Shown here: one piece after another, positions 13,901 through 24,250 of the stretch
Position numbering within the stretch: position 1 is the stretch's first letter
Layout of the letters: each line of letters opens with the position of its first letter
Assembly (NCBI GenBank): GCA_002269645.1
Contig: NIVC01004753.1
Location: forward strand, 1 to 36,111
DNA: 36,111 bases
Reading direction: 5' to 3'
Source: Macrostomum lignano
Taxonomy: Eukaryota
Notes under the pieces: generated by a model
What the model was told of the DNA's origin: nothing
Database searches by the model: none
Seen by the model: the letters and a program-made list of their open reading frames with translations, nothing else
Translations under genes and position numbers: made by a program

Positions 13901-13929
13901 ACTGGTGCTTCTACCTGCTCACCGGCTGA
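4042..13929 (+). CDS. Lcch3: GABA-A receptor beta-like subunit (LCCH3 type), 5'-partial: join(4042-4109,5978-6204,6551-6633,6741-6878,12051-12203,12553-12809,13348-13929)
   Basis: All six introns are GT-AG and phases are compatible (1508 nt = 2 + 502 codons including TGA). Motifs: [10 protein letters not shown]|DYT, WVPDTF, Cys-loop [16 protein letters not shown]1 [19 protein letters not shown]2 [18 protein letters not shown]3 [22 protein letters not shown]4 [22 protein letters not shown]2-M3 matches the Drosophila LCCH3 sequence as I recall it. Confidence 0.93.
4665..5003. repeat. (TGTC)n tetranucleotide microsatellite, ~340 bp
   Basis: Near-perfect TCTG run with occasional TGTG variants. 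Confidence 0.98.
5978..6204 (+). CDS. Lcch3: GABA receptor beta-like exon (227 bp)
   Basis: ttctcAG acceptor and GTCAGC donor; encodes [14 protein letters not shown]...[39 protein letters not shown]. Confidence 0.93.
6272..6450. repeat. G-rich 26-bp minisatellite (GCGGGGCAGGGAGTGAGGTGGGTGTA)
   Basis: About 6 tandem copies filling most of intron 6205-6550. Confidence 0.93.
6551..6633 (+). CDS. Lcch3: GABA receptor beta-like exon (83 bp, Cys-loop)
   Basis: ttgcAG acceptor and GTAAGC donor; encodes [27 protein letters not shown]. Confidence 0.95.
6741..6878 (+). CDS. Lcch3: GABA receptor beta-like exon (138 bp)
   Basis: ccctAG acceptor and GTGCGT donor; encodes (Y)[11 protein letters not shown]...[20 protein letters not shown]. 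Confidence 0.92.
7006..7658. mobile_element. Degenerate non-autonomous hAT (Charlie-like) element
   Basis: Left end AAGGAATGGGCAAACTTTTT...AAAGGCCAG; right end GCGGGCCGGATTTTGCCGACCCCTG. Flanks ATCTAGAA / ATGTAGGA resemble a decayed 8-bp NTCTAGAN target. Confidence 0.6.
8872..9360. repeat. 12-bp minisatellite (GATAGAATCAGG / GATAGAATCGGG / GATAGACTCAAG)
   Basis: About 40 tandem copies; source of the IESG/LSLI pseudo-ORFs. Confidence 0.96.
10290..10455. repeat. Degenerate ~16-bp tandem array (GATAATCTCACCCC-like), possibly a TE subterminal repeat
   Basis: About 9-10 imperfect copies. Confidence 0.6.
10517..10720 (+). mobile_element. Possible tRNA-derived SINE head with Pol III A and B boxes; 3' boundary uncertain
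   Basis: A-box-like CAGCTCAGCGC at 10524-10534 and B box GGTTCGACTCC at 10558-10568. No complete cloverleaf. Confidence 0.45.
11762..11967. repeat. ~78-bp tandem repeat x2.6, each copy with an inverted CCAAT box (ATTGGCTG)
   Basis: GGGGTGAGGGGCTRCGACTCCGCATT...TGATTGGCTGAAGCC repeated at ~11762, ~11840 and ~11918. Confidence 0.88.
12051..12203 (+). CDS. Lcch3: GABA receptor beta-like exon (153 bp, M1 and start of M2)
   Basis: ttttccacAG acceptor and GTATGT donor; encodes [50 protein letters not shown]. Confidence 0.95.
12553..12809 (+). CDS. Lcch3: GABA receptor beta-like exon (257 bp, M2-M3)
   Basis: tacAG acceptor and GTGAGG donor; encodes [34 protein letters not shown]...NS. Confidence 0.94.
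13348..13929 (+). CDS. Lcch3: GABA receptor beta-like terminal exon (polyQ/Gly-rich loop and M4)
   Basis: ctctctgcAG acceptor in phase 0; ends [35 protein letters not shown]. Confidence 0.88.
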   Translation, partial: HSGVDLNNQRMSPIIGLRIRRLNQQLHQQQQQQQSEDESREEETSIQSCPQQQQQQPEPPPPSSVPVYPMSPHVPYISRPGCYLGASGSGLGGSSGGSGGVGGGIAGVGRSYLRQRRVTAGSLGGGGFDRRHQHQRAAAAVIGQQLRQRALQIRARMPRIKDVNKIDKYSRLAFPSLFVLFNLCYWCFYLLTG

Positions 13930-14129
13930 GCCAAACGGCCTTGTCTCTTCCCTTTGCTTCAGCGATTTTATGTTGTTGTCCCGCTGGTCAGCTGCTGTTT
14001 TGCTAACGATTTGGCTGCAAATCCTGTCGATTCTTTAGATAATATTTTATTAGAATCTTAATCGCGAGCAGTTCACTGGCCCCTTGTTTGCAGCATACAT
14101 TCTTAACCAAAACAGACAACATTGAGGGC

Positions 14130-14135
14130 AATAAA
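14130..14135 (+). terminator. Candidate polyadenylation signal of the GABA receptor gene
   Basis: AATAAA about 200 nt after the stop codon. Confidence 0.4.
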
Positions 14136-14451
14136 GCCTTCAGTCCTAAGCAGTTGAATTCGGCCATTTTACGGAATCTTTTAGTCCACAGTGCTTTTAT
14201 ACACTATACCAATACAGCATAGATTTCTGGCTATTGTGGACTGCTCGTGGCTTTTCAGTCGTGTTACTTTTTCTCAAACAGAACAGATTGGCATTGCAAT
14301 GTTAACTCAAGAGCCATTCGAGCGTAAAGTAACATGTAATTAGTTAACAAATTTTTTATTTAGTATATTTTCTTACAATCGCTTGAGCCTTCAAAATAGT
14401 ACGTGGCAATTACGTTATAACAAATTAAGCTACAATTAACTATATGTATCT

Positions 14452-14664
14452 GATTAAACATGCCTTTTGAGGGAGTTATTTGTATAAATCACGAGGGCCT
14501 GAGGCCCGGGGGATTTATGAAAATAACTCCCGAAAAAGGCATGTGTAATCTCGTATAAACCATAGACATAAAGACTTTACGGGATATTATTGAATATTAC
14601 CAAATAAAATCCCGGAGAACGCAAATATTGTCACGGAAAGTCTTTATTTCTATGGATTATTACG
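14452..14664. repeat. Two adjacent imperfect inverted repeats (double hairpin), likely a non-autonomous TE relic
   Basis: Hairpin 1: GATTAAACATGCCTTTT...AAAAAGGCATGTGTAATC (14452-14550). Hairpin 2: CCATAGACATAAAGACTTT...AAAGTCTTTATTTCTATGG (~14552-14664). Confidence 0.75.
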
Positions 14665-15503
14665 GCTTAATCGCTACCGTGCTGACAAGTCATAAGTTCA
14701 TATTCATGACAAAGATTCAGTTCCATTATTTATGTCTACGTCAGACACAAGACTCATAAAATTTGTAAGTGGATTATTAAACAGAATGAAACGCAAAACT
14801 GCTGTAAATTCTCTCTGATGACATGTTTTAGTAGATTAATGTTTCTATTTAACTGCAAAATTTGACAAAATTTATTTCATTTACGAAGCAACCTTCACAC
14901 ACATTGACAGATGAAGTTTGAGTTTCCCAATAAAATGGCTTTACATGAATAGTATATTTATATGCATGATTATCACTTTTTCATTTACGAAACCGTGACA
15001 GAATATAGCTGCACTTTCTAATCCACTATGATCCTTAGTTAGGTATTGAAAATATATAAAACAGAAACTCATATTACACAGGAAACTAATTGAGTTAGGA
15101 GTATTATAACAAAATAATTAAATAAACATATTATTAGGTACGGAGAATTTCAAGGTCTTTTCTGTTTTTTTTTGTAAAAAAATCTGCGCAATATGCTTCT
15201 ACGCTAGATTATTGTTCTAACAAAAATTTGAAGGCATTTTACTGATGATAGTGACGCTCGTACTACACAAAAAGCAATAATGTAGCTTACACAAACGTAT
15301 ACACAATATAATAGAGTAAAATAAGCAGTAATTGATTAAGAATTGGATAATAATGAACCCTTTTCACAAGTTTTACACCATTCGACCCTACGCATATAGA
15401 TACTGGTATGAATATAGCATCAGCGACAGACATCGATATAGCCTCGATGATAGGCTTCATAGAACTTGATACACATGTACTCGTAAATTTATTCAGAGCT
15501 AAT

Positions 15504-16900
15504 TCATGGCATGGATGTCAAGCCAAGATACAAGGCCAAGTGCAACTGCCAACTTCCGCGACGAACTGACCAAGCCGATAGTATAGTTAAGACTGCTGCT
15601 GTCGGAGAGCTTTGAGTTGCCTCTACCTGCTTCTCAATGTGACTCTCTCGATGGAAGCAACGCGACACTCCGGTCTCTAATTGAACGCGTATCAGTGCTT
15701 TACCAGAGAGCTGAAGTGTTTTTAACGCCAACTTTGATTCATATGAACTGCGATTTACTCGTGCATTTCACTGAAGAATTGCTTCTTCAGTTTCAGCCGC
15801 TGTGAGGTTCAGGCACAGAGGGAGATGTCTAAACTCCCAGGGTGTAGGTTCAGGTGTCGGGCTGCAGTTGTACCTCTGCTGTCTGTCCCTGGCTATCTCC
15901 GAATAGTAGCAGTGAGCCTCGCTGTAGCTGAACGCATCTGCGGCGCCGTTGTACGGGTTCAAGAACAGAACTAAGTCATTGTGTTTCTCTACGAACTGGT
16001 CGGGAAAGTCCGCCGGTGTCATCTGGGCATCTTGCATTGCGATGGAGACGTCGTAGGCTCGACCGGGACCCAGGCTGATCACATTAGAGGTGAATCGAGA
16101 CGGGTAGTGACCTCTGGGCGTCAGGTAGAGATACATTCCGCTGCCTTTATCGAACCCAATCGGATTTTCCAGGTTCCAGTCGAATGGATATAATGTTATC
16201 TGCTGACCAGATGCGACAACAGACATTGTTGGAAGTCGGTCTGTATGGTTTGAAAACAGGCCAAGCTTATCGAAGTCAAAAAAGTAAGGATCGAGAAGCA
16301 GGTCGAGCTGCAATCTGTTGTTCGTATTCTGCATGCGTGATAACTCAGCATCGGTGAGGGCAAGCTTGAAGCACTTCAGATGGTTCGGGTGGAACAGCGT
16401 CTCTACCGCGATCGGGGAATTCAGACTGCGATCTGAGCCTGCACTGAAGATTCCGTAGTTTCCGTAGAATGTCTGCAGTTTTCTCTGACCCACAATGTCC
16501 GCCAGAGTTCTGTAGGGCAGAGACTGGATCAAGCTTGTTGGCCGAAGTTCGCGCAGTGTTGTGTTTTCACTCTCCGACGCATTCAGAGATCCGAGAGCGG
16601 CATCGAATGCAGTCTGAGCAGCATAGAACGGCATGTTCACCTGGTCCGCCTCTGACCTGTTCAGTCGGTAGATAAACGAGCCAGCGGCTTGGAGACTGTT
16701 GCAAAAGTAGACATCGGGAAACTCGAATGGAACCTTTTCCGCTTGGAACTCTGACCTTACGCTCGGACTGTTCAGGCGTCGAATGTAGACGGTACAGGTG
16801 TTTAACAGAAGGCCCAGGAAGCTCAAGAATGCCAGAAGCCAGAAGATCCTCTTGCAGGGTCAATATGTTGTATTTTCTTCACAATGAAGAACTCGCGTGC
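15504..16900 (-). pseudogene. Intronless DEG/ENaC (amiloride-sensitive sodium channel family) gene, disabled
   Basis: TM1 KRIFWLLAFLSFLGLLLNTCTVY followed by FEFPDVYFCN, HPNHLKCF, GMYLYLTPRGHYP and YSEAHC...YNC...LPLC. In-frame TGA at 16862-60 lies just before TM1 and TGA at 15770-68 follows the Cys-rich region. The TM2 region is split across frames (YRLGQFVAEVGS / LALYLGLT). Confidence 0.75.
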
Positions 16901-17289
16901 GGTCAGATCAGTAACCGGAGAGTTTTCCCGCGTCAAATTAGTACCTCAGCTGTTTCCAGACTTGGCGTATGCGGATACAGCTTTGCATCGAAGCTGAGGG
17001 AAGTATTTTGAGGGCACAGAAGCTCAGAATCCCAAAAGCCATGGATACAGATGATCCTCAGCACAACGGTGCGACTTGCAGGGGCCTCACGGCCGATGGT
17101 GTGAGCTGTGTGCAATGGTGTTCGCCACGGATTTTTTCACTATCCCGGACAGAGAGGCGCTGGGCGTCCATTCCCCGGCAATTTCTCGGGGGAGGCTTGA
17201 TGACAGAGTACAATCTTGCTGTGCAGCAGCTGGTAGGAAATTGGAGCTTGGCATTTGCTTGTCGATCAGCTCACCATTCAAAAATAAAA

Positions 17290-17625
17290 AAGAATTTCTA
17301 TTTGCATACATGTACATGTACTTTAGGGTACTTGGCAAGGTTGTCTCGGAAACGAGTGAAGCAGATGGCTGGTGCAGGTCTATTTTCTGGGCTGTTGAGC
17401 TTCTGCTCGATGACGAAATTCAAAGCAAATCGAACATGTCGCACTTTGCAGAAATTTAGAGTTTGCTTTCTTCTTAATTCATACGCAGCAGCAGCAGCTT
17501 CACTGTATAATGCAATCTTTTTCTAGGATTATCACGGCATCCAGAGCATAGTTCAGCGCTTTCCAGAATCTTCTCGAGCTCTATATGAGACGCCGCATCC
17601 CGTGACCGCTGGTGATCCTCCTGCG
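17290..17625 (-). pseudogene. Possible relic N-terminus of a second DEG/ENaC copy
   Basis: FRRRITSGHGMRRLI*SSRRFW at ~17625-17563 resembles the HG motif plus RRxFW. QKLNSP further downstream echoes RRLNSP of the adjacent copy. Confidence 0.3.
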
Positions 17626-18009
17626 AAATTTCGGTTGAATATGCTCAAGCTGGATTATCTAATTGGTATAATAGCTCGATCGTATTCAGTTTAATTTTTG
17701 TTTTTCTTTGATCCTTGTTTAAGATTTCGACACTGACAGACACAAATATAATCTGGAAATACGAGTACATACATGTAAAGCACGATGGACCCTTACGATC
17801 GGGCAGTTGTGCCATTTGCCAGGAAATTTTTATTGTCTGGAAGCCTGTAGAATATGCATTTATTAACTATTATATATTTTCGTAAAGCAGCTGTGTACTC
17901 AAAGACCACTGTATACAGTGGTCCTTGCTAGTACTATAGTGGTCCGTGATAACAATGTGATGCGATATGACGTGTGAAGTGGTAAATTGGTAAATATGCA
18001 TGCACGTTG

Positions 18010-18741
18010 CAAGGACGACTTGATCGTAGAAGGACGGGAAACTTCGTTTCTTAGAAAATTTTAGAAGGCAGGTTTTCCTGAAAAAAATAAACTATCGAGA
18101 TAGGAAGTTTTCATTTTTTACAACAAAAATTGTTAATTGCTTTTGATAGGAGACAGTTCATCTTTTGATATGTTGTGCCTTTCTTATTGCTCGATTGATA
18201 TTCTGATATTCATACAGCTTTTCGTTCAAAAAATTAGGATTATCTAAGCATACAAACCTTAGAGATTTAGTATATTTAGATGTTTATTTTTTTTCTACGT
18301 ACATTTTCACGTGTCTTGTGCCTAAAAACCATTAAAATGGCACGGCTCGGCTCTTTGGCTTTATGATTCTATTTTATCATTCTTAGCTGACTGTGTAACA
18401 AATATGTGTAACAGAGATGATAAAATAGATTCATAAAACCATAGATTGAAGCTGTGCTATGCATTTTTATGAGTTTTAGGTACAGCAAAAAACGTTGAAT
18501 AAAAATTTACATAGAATACTAATTTTTTGAACGAAAAGCTTTACGATGGATAGAGCAATAAGAAAGGCACAACATATCAAAAGATGAACACTGGATCTGC
18601 CTCCTATCAAAAGCAATAACAATTTTTGTGCTGAAAAAATGAAAACTTCCTATCTCCGTAGCGTATTTTTTTCGGGAAAACCTGCCTTCTAAAATTTTCT
18701 AAAAAACGAGGTTTTCCGTCCTTCTACTTAAGTCGTCCTTG
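18010..18741. mobile_element. 732-bp foldback/MITE with ~230-bp imperfect TIRs, CAAGG...CCTTG termini (hAT or P superfamily)
   Basis: Perfect 8-bp TSD GCACGTTG at 18002-18009 and 18742-18749. The arms (~18010-18240 and ~18520-18741) are reverse complements. Confidence 0.9.
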
Positions 18742-20342
18742 GCACGTTGCATATCCCAATATAAGACAATATTTTGATTTTTAATTATTAAAACTTGTCT
18801 CTTAGACATCGATATGTAAAAAGTCCTAGTTTTTAATATATTTTTTAAAAGCCTGCTATCTTTAATATCAATACAATTTGAGTTTTGTTTTACTTTGATC
18901 TTTGTTTAATATTTTGAGACTGAGAGGCTCTTCATACTTGCTTGTTCTGGTTCTAGAACAGAACCAATTTGTAAAGTATAACTTTTTGTCTCCTAAACTA
19001 GAGGGATATCAGTGCTTTAAAATTGTGATTATTGAATGGCAATAGCCAAGAAGAAAATGAGAAATCGTGCAAAGTGAGGCTGTTAAGGCAGTCAAACATT
19101 CAACAAAGTTAAATAGTTATACTGCTTTTTTTTCTTGGAAATCCGAACCGATTCTGGTTCGAGAATCGATGCCGTGAAGAGGCTCTGACTGACTGACTGA
19201 CTGACTGGAAGTAAGAAGTCTGATCCAAGACCGGCGGCTGAGTCACGGTCACAAATAAATCTCAAAATTTAAATGACTTACTTTTACCATACCCATGTGT
19301 TCTATATAAATGTAACCACTAATTTTTGTGTTTTGTAAATGTTTGTTTTCACCATCATAGTCCATAGACTTGGTCAAGCTCTAAAATTTTGATTTTGCCA
19401 TTCTTATGAGAAATCTATGCTTTTGAGATAATCAAGATTTTATTGAATAAATTTGAGACTTGATATTAAGTATAATTAGCATCTAGTAGGCATACATGCA
19501 CAAGGTACCTGTCCATTTCGGCGACAAACCATTTTGGCAATACCCATTTCGGTGACAGGTCAATTTGGCAACAACCATTTCGATGACAATTCTTAAATAG
19601 GATTTCAAGTGTATTCTTATCTCATAGCAACAAAAAATTCAAAACTTACAGTACACAAATTTACAACCTTTGTTTAAATGTTGTTAAAATGAATTATAGT
19701 GTAAAACTTTACATTAAACTTTAAAAGCTTTGTTAAAACTATGTTAAAATTTTTAATGTAAAACTTAATTTTCAATGCATTGGCAGTATAAAACCTGGAC
19801 ACTGATGGACATTTAGACACCAAAAGTACAGTTAAAACAAATGGATTACAATAAGAAATTAATTTTTTAAGAAACAACAAGAAAAAAAGCTTGTAGAGGA
19901 CTTTAAATGTTAGTCCATTCAAATTACAATTCGTGTACAATGTCTACTCTTCCATAGGGGCATTCATGCCACTGCATGCAAGCAGCAACGCCTCAAGAGT
20001 TCTGGTGCTGGCTTTGTACTCCACCCAGAGGCGAAAGAAGGCCTCCTGCCTCGCATGTACTGCTGGCCTCATTTCCAAATGTTGGCACCCTGGCCGACCA
20101 ATGCTGCATCAATCTCAACCAAGAGGGCCTCTTCGTGCAGCAGCTTTAGCAGCTGGTAGAACTGGCCCTCATTGCACAGCGCTGCAGCTTATTGTGCCAT
20201 CCCTCGGTGTTGTTGTTCATTCTAATTGATAACCGGAAGACTGAGAGTTCATGCACTCGCCAGTTAGAGTTAGAGATACATGTAAGCAACTGACTATGCA
20301 CGCTGCAAGACTTGCATGCTTTGAATTGTGCATGATGAACTT

Positions 20343-20639
20343 CATACATGCGCAACCTCCAAATTTTGGTCGGCCATGCGACTTAGTTTTAACAAAAATG
20401 CGACGTAGTTTTTGGCCAAAAATGCGACTTACATGTAAAAAAACCCAAAAGCAAAATTAACGCAACTTTGGGTAAACGGCAGGAGTAACTATGACTGTCT
20501 TATAAAGCCAAAATGCCTCGTCAGCTACTTAGTACTACTACTCGGTGTTTTTTCGGGTTGGCATTTTTGCGACTTCCTTGGTTGGCCGCCAAATCGGTCG
20601 GCCGGATCGGCCGACTCGGCCGACTGTTGCGCATGTATG
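20343..20639. mobile_element. 297-bp MITE nested in the MULE
   Basis: Perfect 14-bp TIR CATACATGCGCAAC and perfect 8-bp TSD ATGAACTT (20335-20342, 20640-20647). Confidence 0.9.
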
Positions 20640-20959
20640 ATGAACTTTGAGAGTAGCACAATGGTAGCGCGCTCTTATATTTGCGCCATTATTCCACTCT
20701 GCCACATACGCTCGTACTATACCAATCAGATTGGATTTGATTAGGCAAGAGAGATGGGGTGGGTGAACTGATATTCACTTGGGTAGAGCATGATGTATAT
20801 GATGTACATGTGCATGACATTTTTGTACATGTGCAGACAGAGGGATAGTGAAAATATCAATCAGATAATATAATAAGGCAAGTCTGAAAATTAGGCATTC
20901 AATTCCTAAGAGTGTCCTTTTTTTCTATGAGATAAGAAAACATTCAAAATCCTATTTAA

Positions 20960-21250
20960 GAATTGTCGCCGAAATGGTTGTGCCAAATTGACCTGTCGCT
21001 GAAATGGTTGTCGCCAAATTGACCTGTCGCTGAAATGGTTGCGCCAAATTGACCTGTCGCTGAAATGGTTGCGCCAAATTGACCTGTCACTGAAATGGTT
21101 GTCGCCAAATTGACCTGTCGCTGAAATGGTTGCGCCAAATTGACCTGTCGCTGAAATGGTTGTCGCCAAATTGACCTGTCGCTGAAATGGTTGCGCCAAA
21201 TTGACTTGTCGCCGAAATAGGTGTTGCTGAAATGTTTTGTTGCCAAAATA
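20960..21250. repeat. Expanded ~32-33-bp subterminal tandem repeat in the right MULE TIR (GCTGAAATGGTTG(T)CGCCAAATTGACCTGTC)
   Basis: About 7 homogeneous copies on the right versus 2-3 degenerate inverted copies at 19510-19590. Confidence 0.9.
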
Positions 21251-22088
21251 GACCGGATTCCATGCACAGCACTTGTCTAACTATGGACAGGTGAAATGGC
21301 TGCCAGCCAAGATAAGTTGCAAAATTGAAAATGCAAAAAAACAAAAATTGGGGGAAGAAAAAAAGGAAAGGAAGAGAAAAAGAAAAGAAAAAAGGGAAAA
21401 GCAGAAGAGAGAAAAAGAAAGAGAAAAAAAGAAAAAGGCAAGAAAAGTCATACAAAGTGAAGATTAAGTTGCAATTGGGAGAAACTAAGTCACAATCAGG
21501 AGGAACTAAGTTGCAAATCTAGACAAAACTAAGTTGCATTAGATGGATGAAATTTTGAGGTTGGGCATAATGATCTTTTTCAGTGTTTATGCCAATTTAT
21601 TCCCTATCATTATATCTATCAAATCTGCTAGGCCTATTATCAATTTATCAAAAAACCATTGTTGGGTTACACCAAATTCATCAGTATCTAATTTGTCAAC
21701 AGACCTAAGTTTAAGAAATTGAAAGAAATCAAATTCGTCAACAGTTAAAACAAGCTGAGCAAATTTGTCAACAATAAAATAGACTTTCCTAAAGACAAAA
21801 GTGGTTTCCTAACTTAATAATGTAATTTTCTATAATTCAATGAGCAAAATATTGCTAAATACTTCAACATGACTTGAAGGTAATTGGAATTCAATATTTA
21901 ATTTAATATTAGAATTCTATTGGTTTAAAATACACTAAGTATTATAAATAGCTTGTAAAAAATAATATCAAATAAACCATTTTCCTTTGTTATCTTGCAT
22001 GTATCTTCTCAATAGGCTTTGTCTTTCAATTTTTAGCATATAGTAAATATACTAGTCAATAGCATATTATCAGGTAACTGAATTTGTC

Positions 22089-22321
22089 CAGTGGCATAGC
22101 CAGGAATTTCAATTGGAGAGAGGTGGGTTGGCCTGGCTGGCTATGCCTTATGCCATTGCCACTTTTGGTGCCACAGGCATTCATTTTGGTGCCATAGGCA
22201 CTTATTTTTAGCACTGCAGGCACTCAATTGCCTCATGGTTTTTGGTACTCACTATGCCTAACCCTACCCCCCTCTCCTAGGCAGTTGGGGGGGGGCTGCA
22301 GCCCCTCTAGCTATGTCACTG
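22089..22321. mobile_element. 233-bp hAT-type MITE
   Basis: TIRs CAGTGGCATAGCCAG / CTAGCTATGTCACTG and perfect 8-bp TSD AATTTGTC (22081-88, 22322-29). Confidence 0.9.
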
Positions 22322-24250
22322 AATTTGTCAATAGTGCATAGTAAGGTAACAAATTCTGTAGCACCCCCATTGTTAAAGGTAATGCTATGCAAAAAATGGG
22401 ATAAATATGCAACAAAGTGCTATAATATAGAATATGCTAGGCTATTTGCTTTATATTGTAGATAAGTATCTGTGACTATGAGTTAAGTTAAAATAAAAGC
22501 TAAAGCCAAAGCCAAATAGAATGATTATAATACAATATAATATACTAAATACAGGTATAATTTTATACAAATTTATAGCATCTATCTCTCTAAGACTCAA
22601 AGATCTAGGATCTACACCTAGTACTAATGGTAATTGTTATTGTTTTGGTGATTATAAAAAAATGAAATAACTTTTTCTAGCTTAAAGCTTACTCACATAA
22701 TTGTTAATTGTAACTATTAATGTAATTGAACTTTCTTCCCTGACTATAAAAATAGCCATTTTGCTTCTTGCGTACAGTAACCATAAAAATAATAGTTTCA
22801 CTATATGGTTACATTAAGTAAAAATCTCAAGTCCAAACAGTATTTTATGCATTGACTATAACAAAACATTTTGCTATATATATGGTCACCATAACAATAA
22901 CTGCCAATACTACTTACTGCCAATAGGAAATAAATTAAATATATAGAACCAGGCTTATTGTTATCTATTTAGACATTTAGAGTTATGGCCATCTTGGTCA
23001 TGCACTATCTAGTAGGCCTATTTATATTATTCTATCAAAGCTAATATTGTTATTTGTTAAATGTGTAAAATAATGATTATTGAAGGAAAAACAATTATTA
23101 TATAATACTGAGCTTGTCAAAGGGATTTTTTCTAGAGGGGTGCTAATCATTTTGTTTGCCAATAGTTTGTCTACTGAGTAGAGGAAAATTTTTCTCTTTC
23201 TAAAACCATTTATCTGCTAGGAAATGAAGGTGGGAATATGGAGTGAGATGGGAACTGCAAGGGTTAGTCTCTGAATATGACAATCTATATTAGTTTATAG
23301 ACATACCATTAGGAAAAAACAATTTTGAAGAGAAGCAAAATATGTTATATAACAACTCTAGTTTTGAAATGACTTATGTCTTGCATTTGAGAATTGTTGA
23401 ATCAGAAAAACAATTTGTTGTTTTTATCTATAGAAAATGTTAAACAGTTTTAGTTCTACTGGTTTCTAATCAAGCTTATTACTCTTTCTATAGATGTTAT
23501 ATGTATATATATATTCTGAAATTATTTGTTAAAATAATAGAACCAACAGCATTTTAAAAATATTAGCATACATTTTTAAGCAGCTTTTTACCCCATTCCC
23601 CATCCTACCCAACTCCCTTTTCTGGCCCTATTTCCTAGCAAATGAATAGTTTTAGAAGAAAAGGGCTTTTTTTCTACTTAGAAGATAAACTGTCAGCAGA
23701 CAAATGAACTGGAAACCTTCTAGAGTATGGCCTTAACCTAGCCTTATTTGTCCTTGCCCTATCTTTGCTTTACCTTGCCCTAACCTATATTGTACCTTGC
23801 CACACCCTGCCTTGCCTTACTTTACTTGGCTCTGCCCTAGGTTAAATTTGCCATGAATTTTTAATGAAAAAAGCTATGTTCTTGACTATAGAGACACCTA
23901 GGGAGAAAAAAGACTTTTAGGCTGTTTTAGGGAATACATCTCTCCCAACGTCCCCCCTCTTTACACCCCTGTTACATGCACCCCACAAAGCCTCTATATT
24001 TGGCACTTGGGTCATTTAAAACTTCACAATAGCAATCTGGTCTGCTTAGGGTTTTTATATTCTCATCTCTCTTCAGTTCTCTCCTCTCTCCCTTTATCTC
24101 TCCTCTCCTCCTTGCCTCCTCTCTTATTTTCTTTTTCATCTCGCATCTCTTCTCTCTTCTCTCTCCTCTATTCCCTCTTCCTCTCTCATTTTGCCCACAG
24201 CAATGATCTAGATTCTGTTTAATTGTTTCCTCATTGCATGTTTAAAAGTC

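Larger units (their letters stand above)
19504..21260 (-). mobile_element. Mutator-like (MULE) element relic with a C-terminal transposase fragment
   Basis: 9-bp TSD CATGCACAA (19495-19503) / CATGCACAG (21261-21269). TIRs of several hundred bp with subterminal repeats. Minus strand ~20270-19960 encodes LSVFRLSIRMNNNTEGWHNKL, then FYQLLKLLHEEA and QEAFFRLWVEY in shifted frames. Confidence 0.85.

Noticed and set aside
15768-16862. Selenocysteine or readthrough explanation for the two TGA codons
   Set aside because: Additional TAA and frameshift lesions near TM2 and loss of the HG motif are better explained by decay or assembly error; no SECIS recognised.
16969-17526. Plus-strand ORFs of 185 and 127 aa
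   Set aside because: No recognisable domain; they overlap the minus-strand channel relic region.
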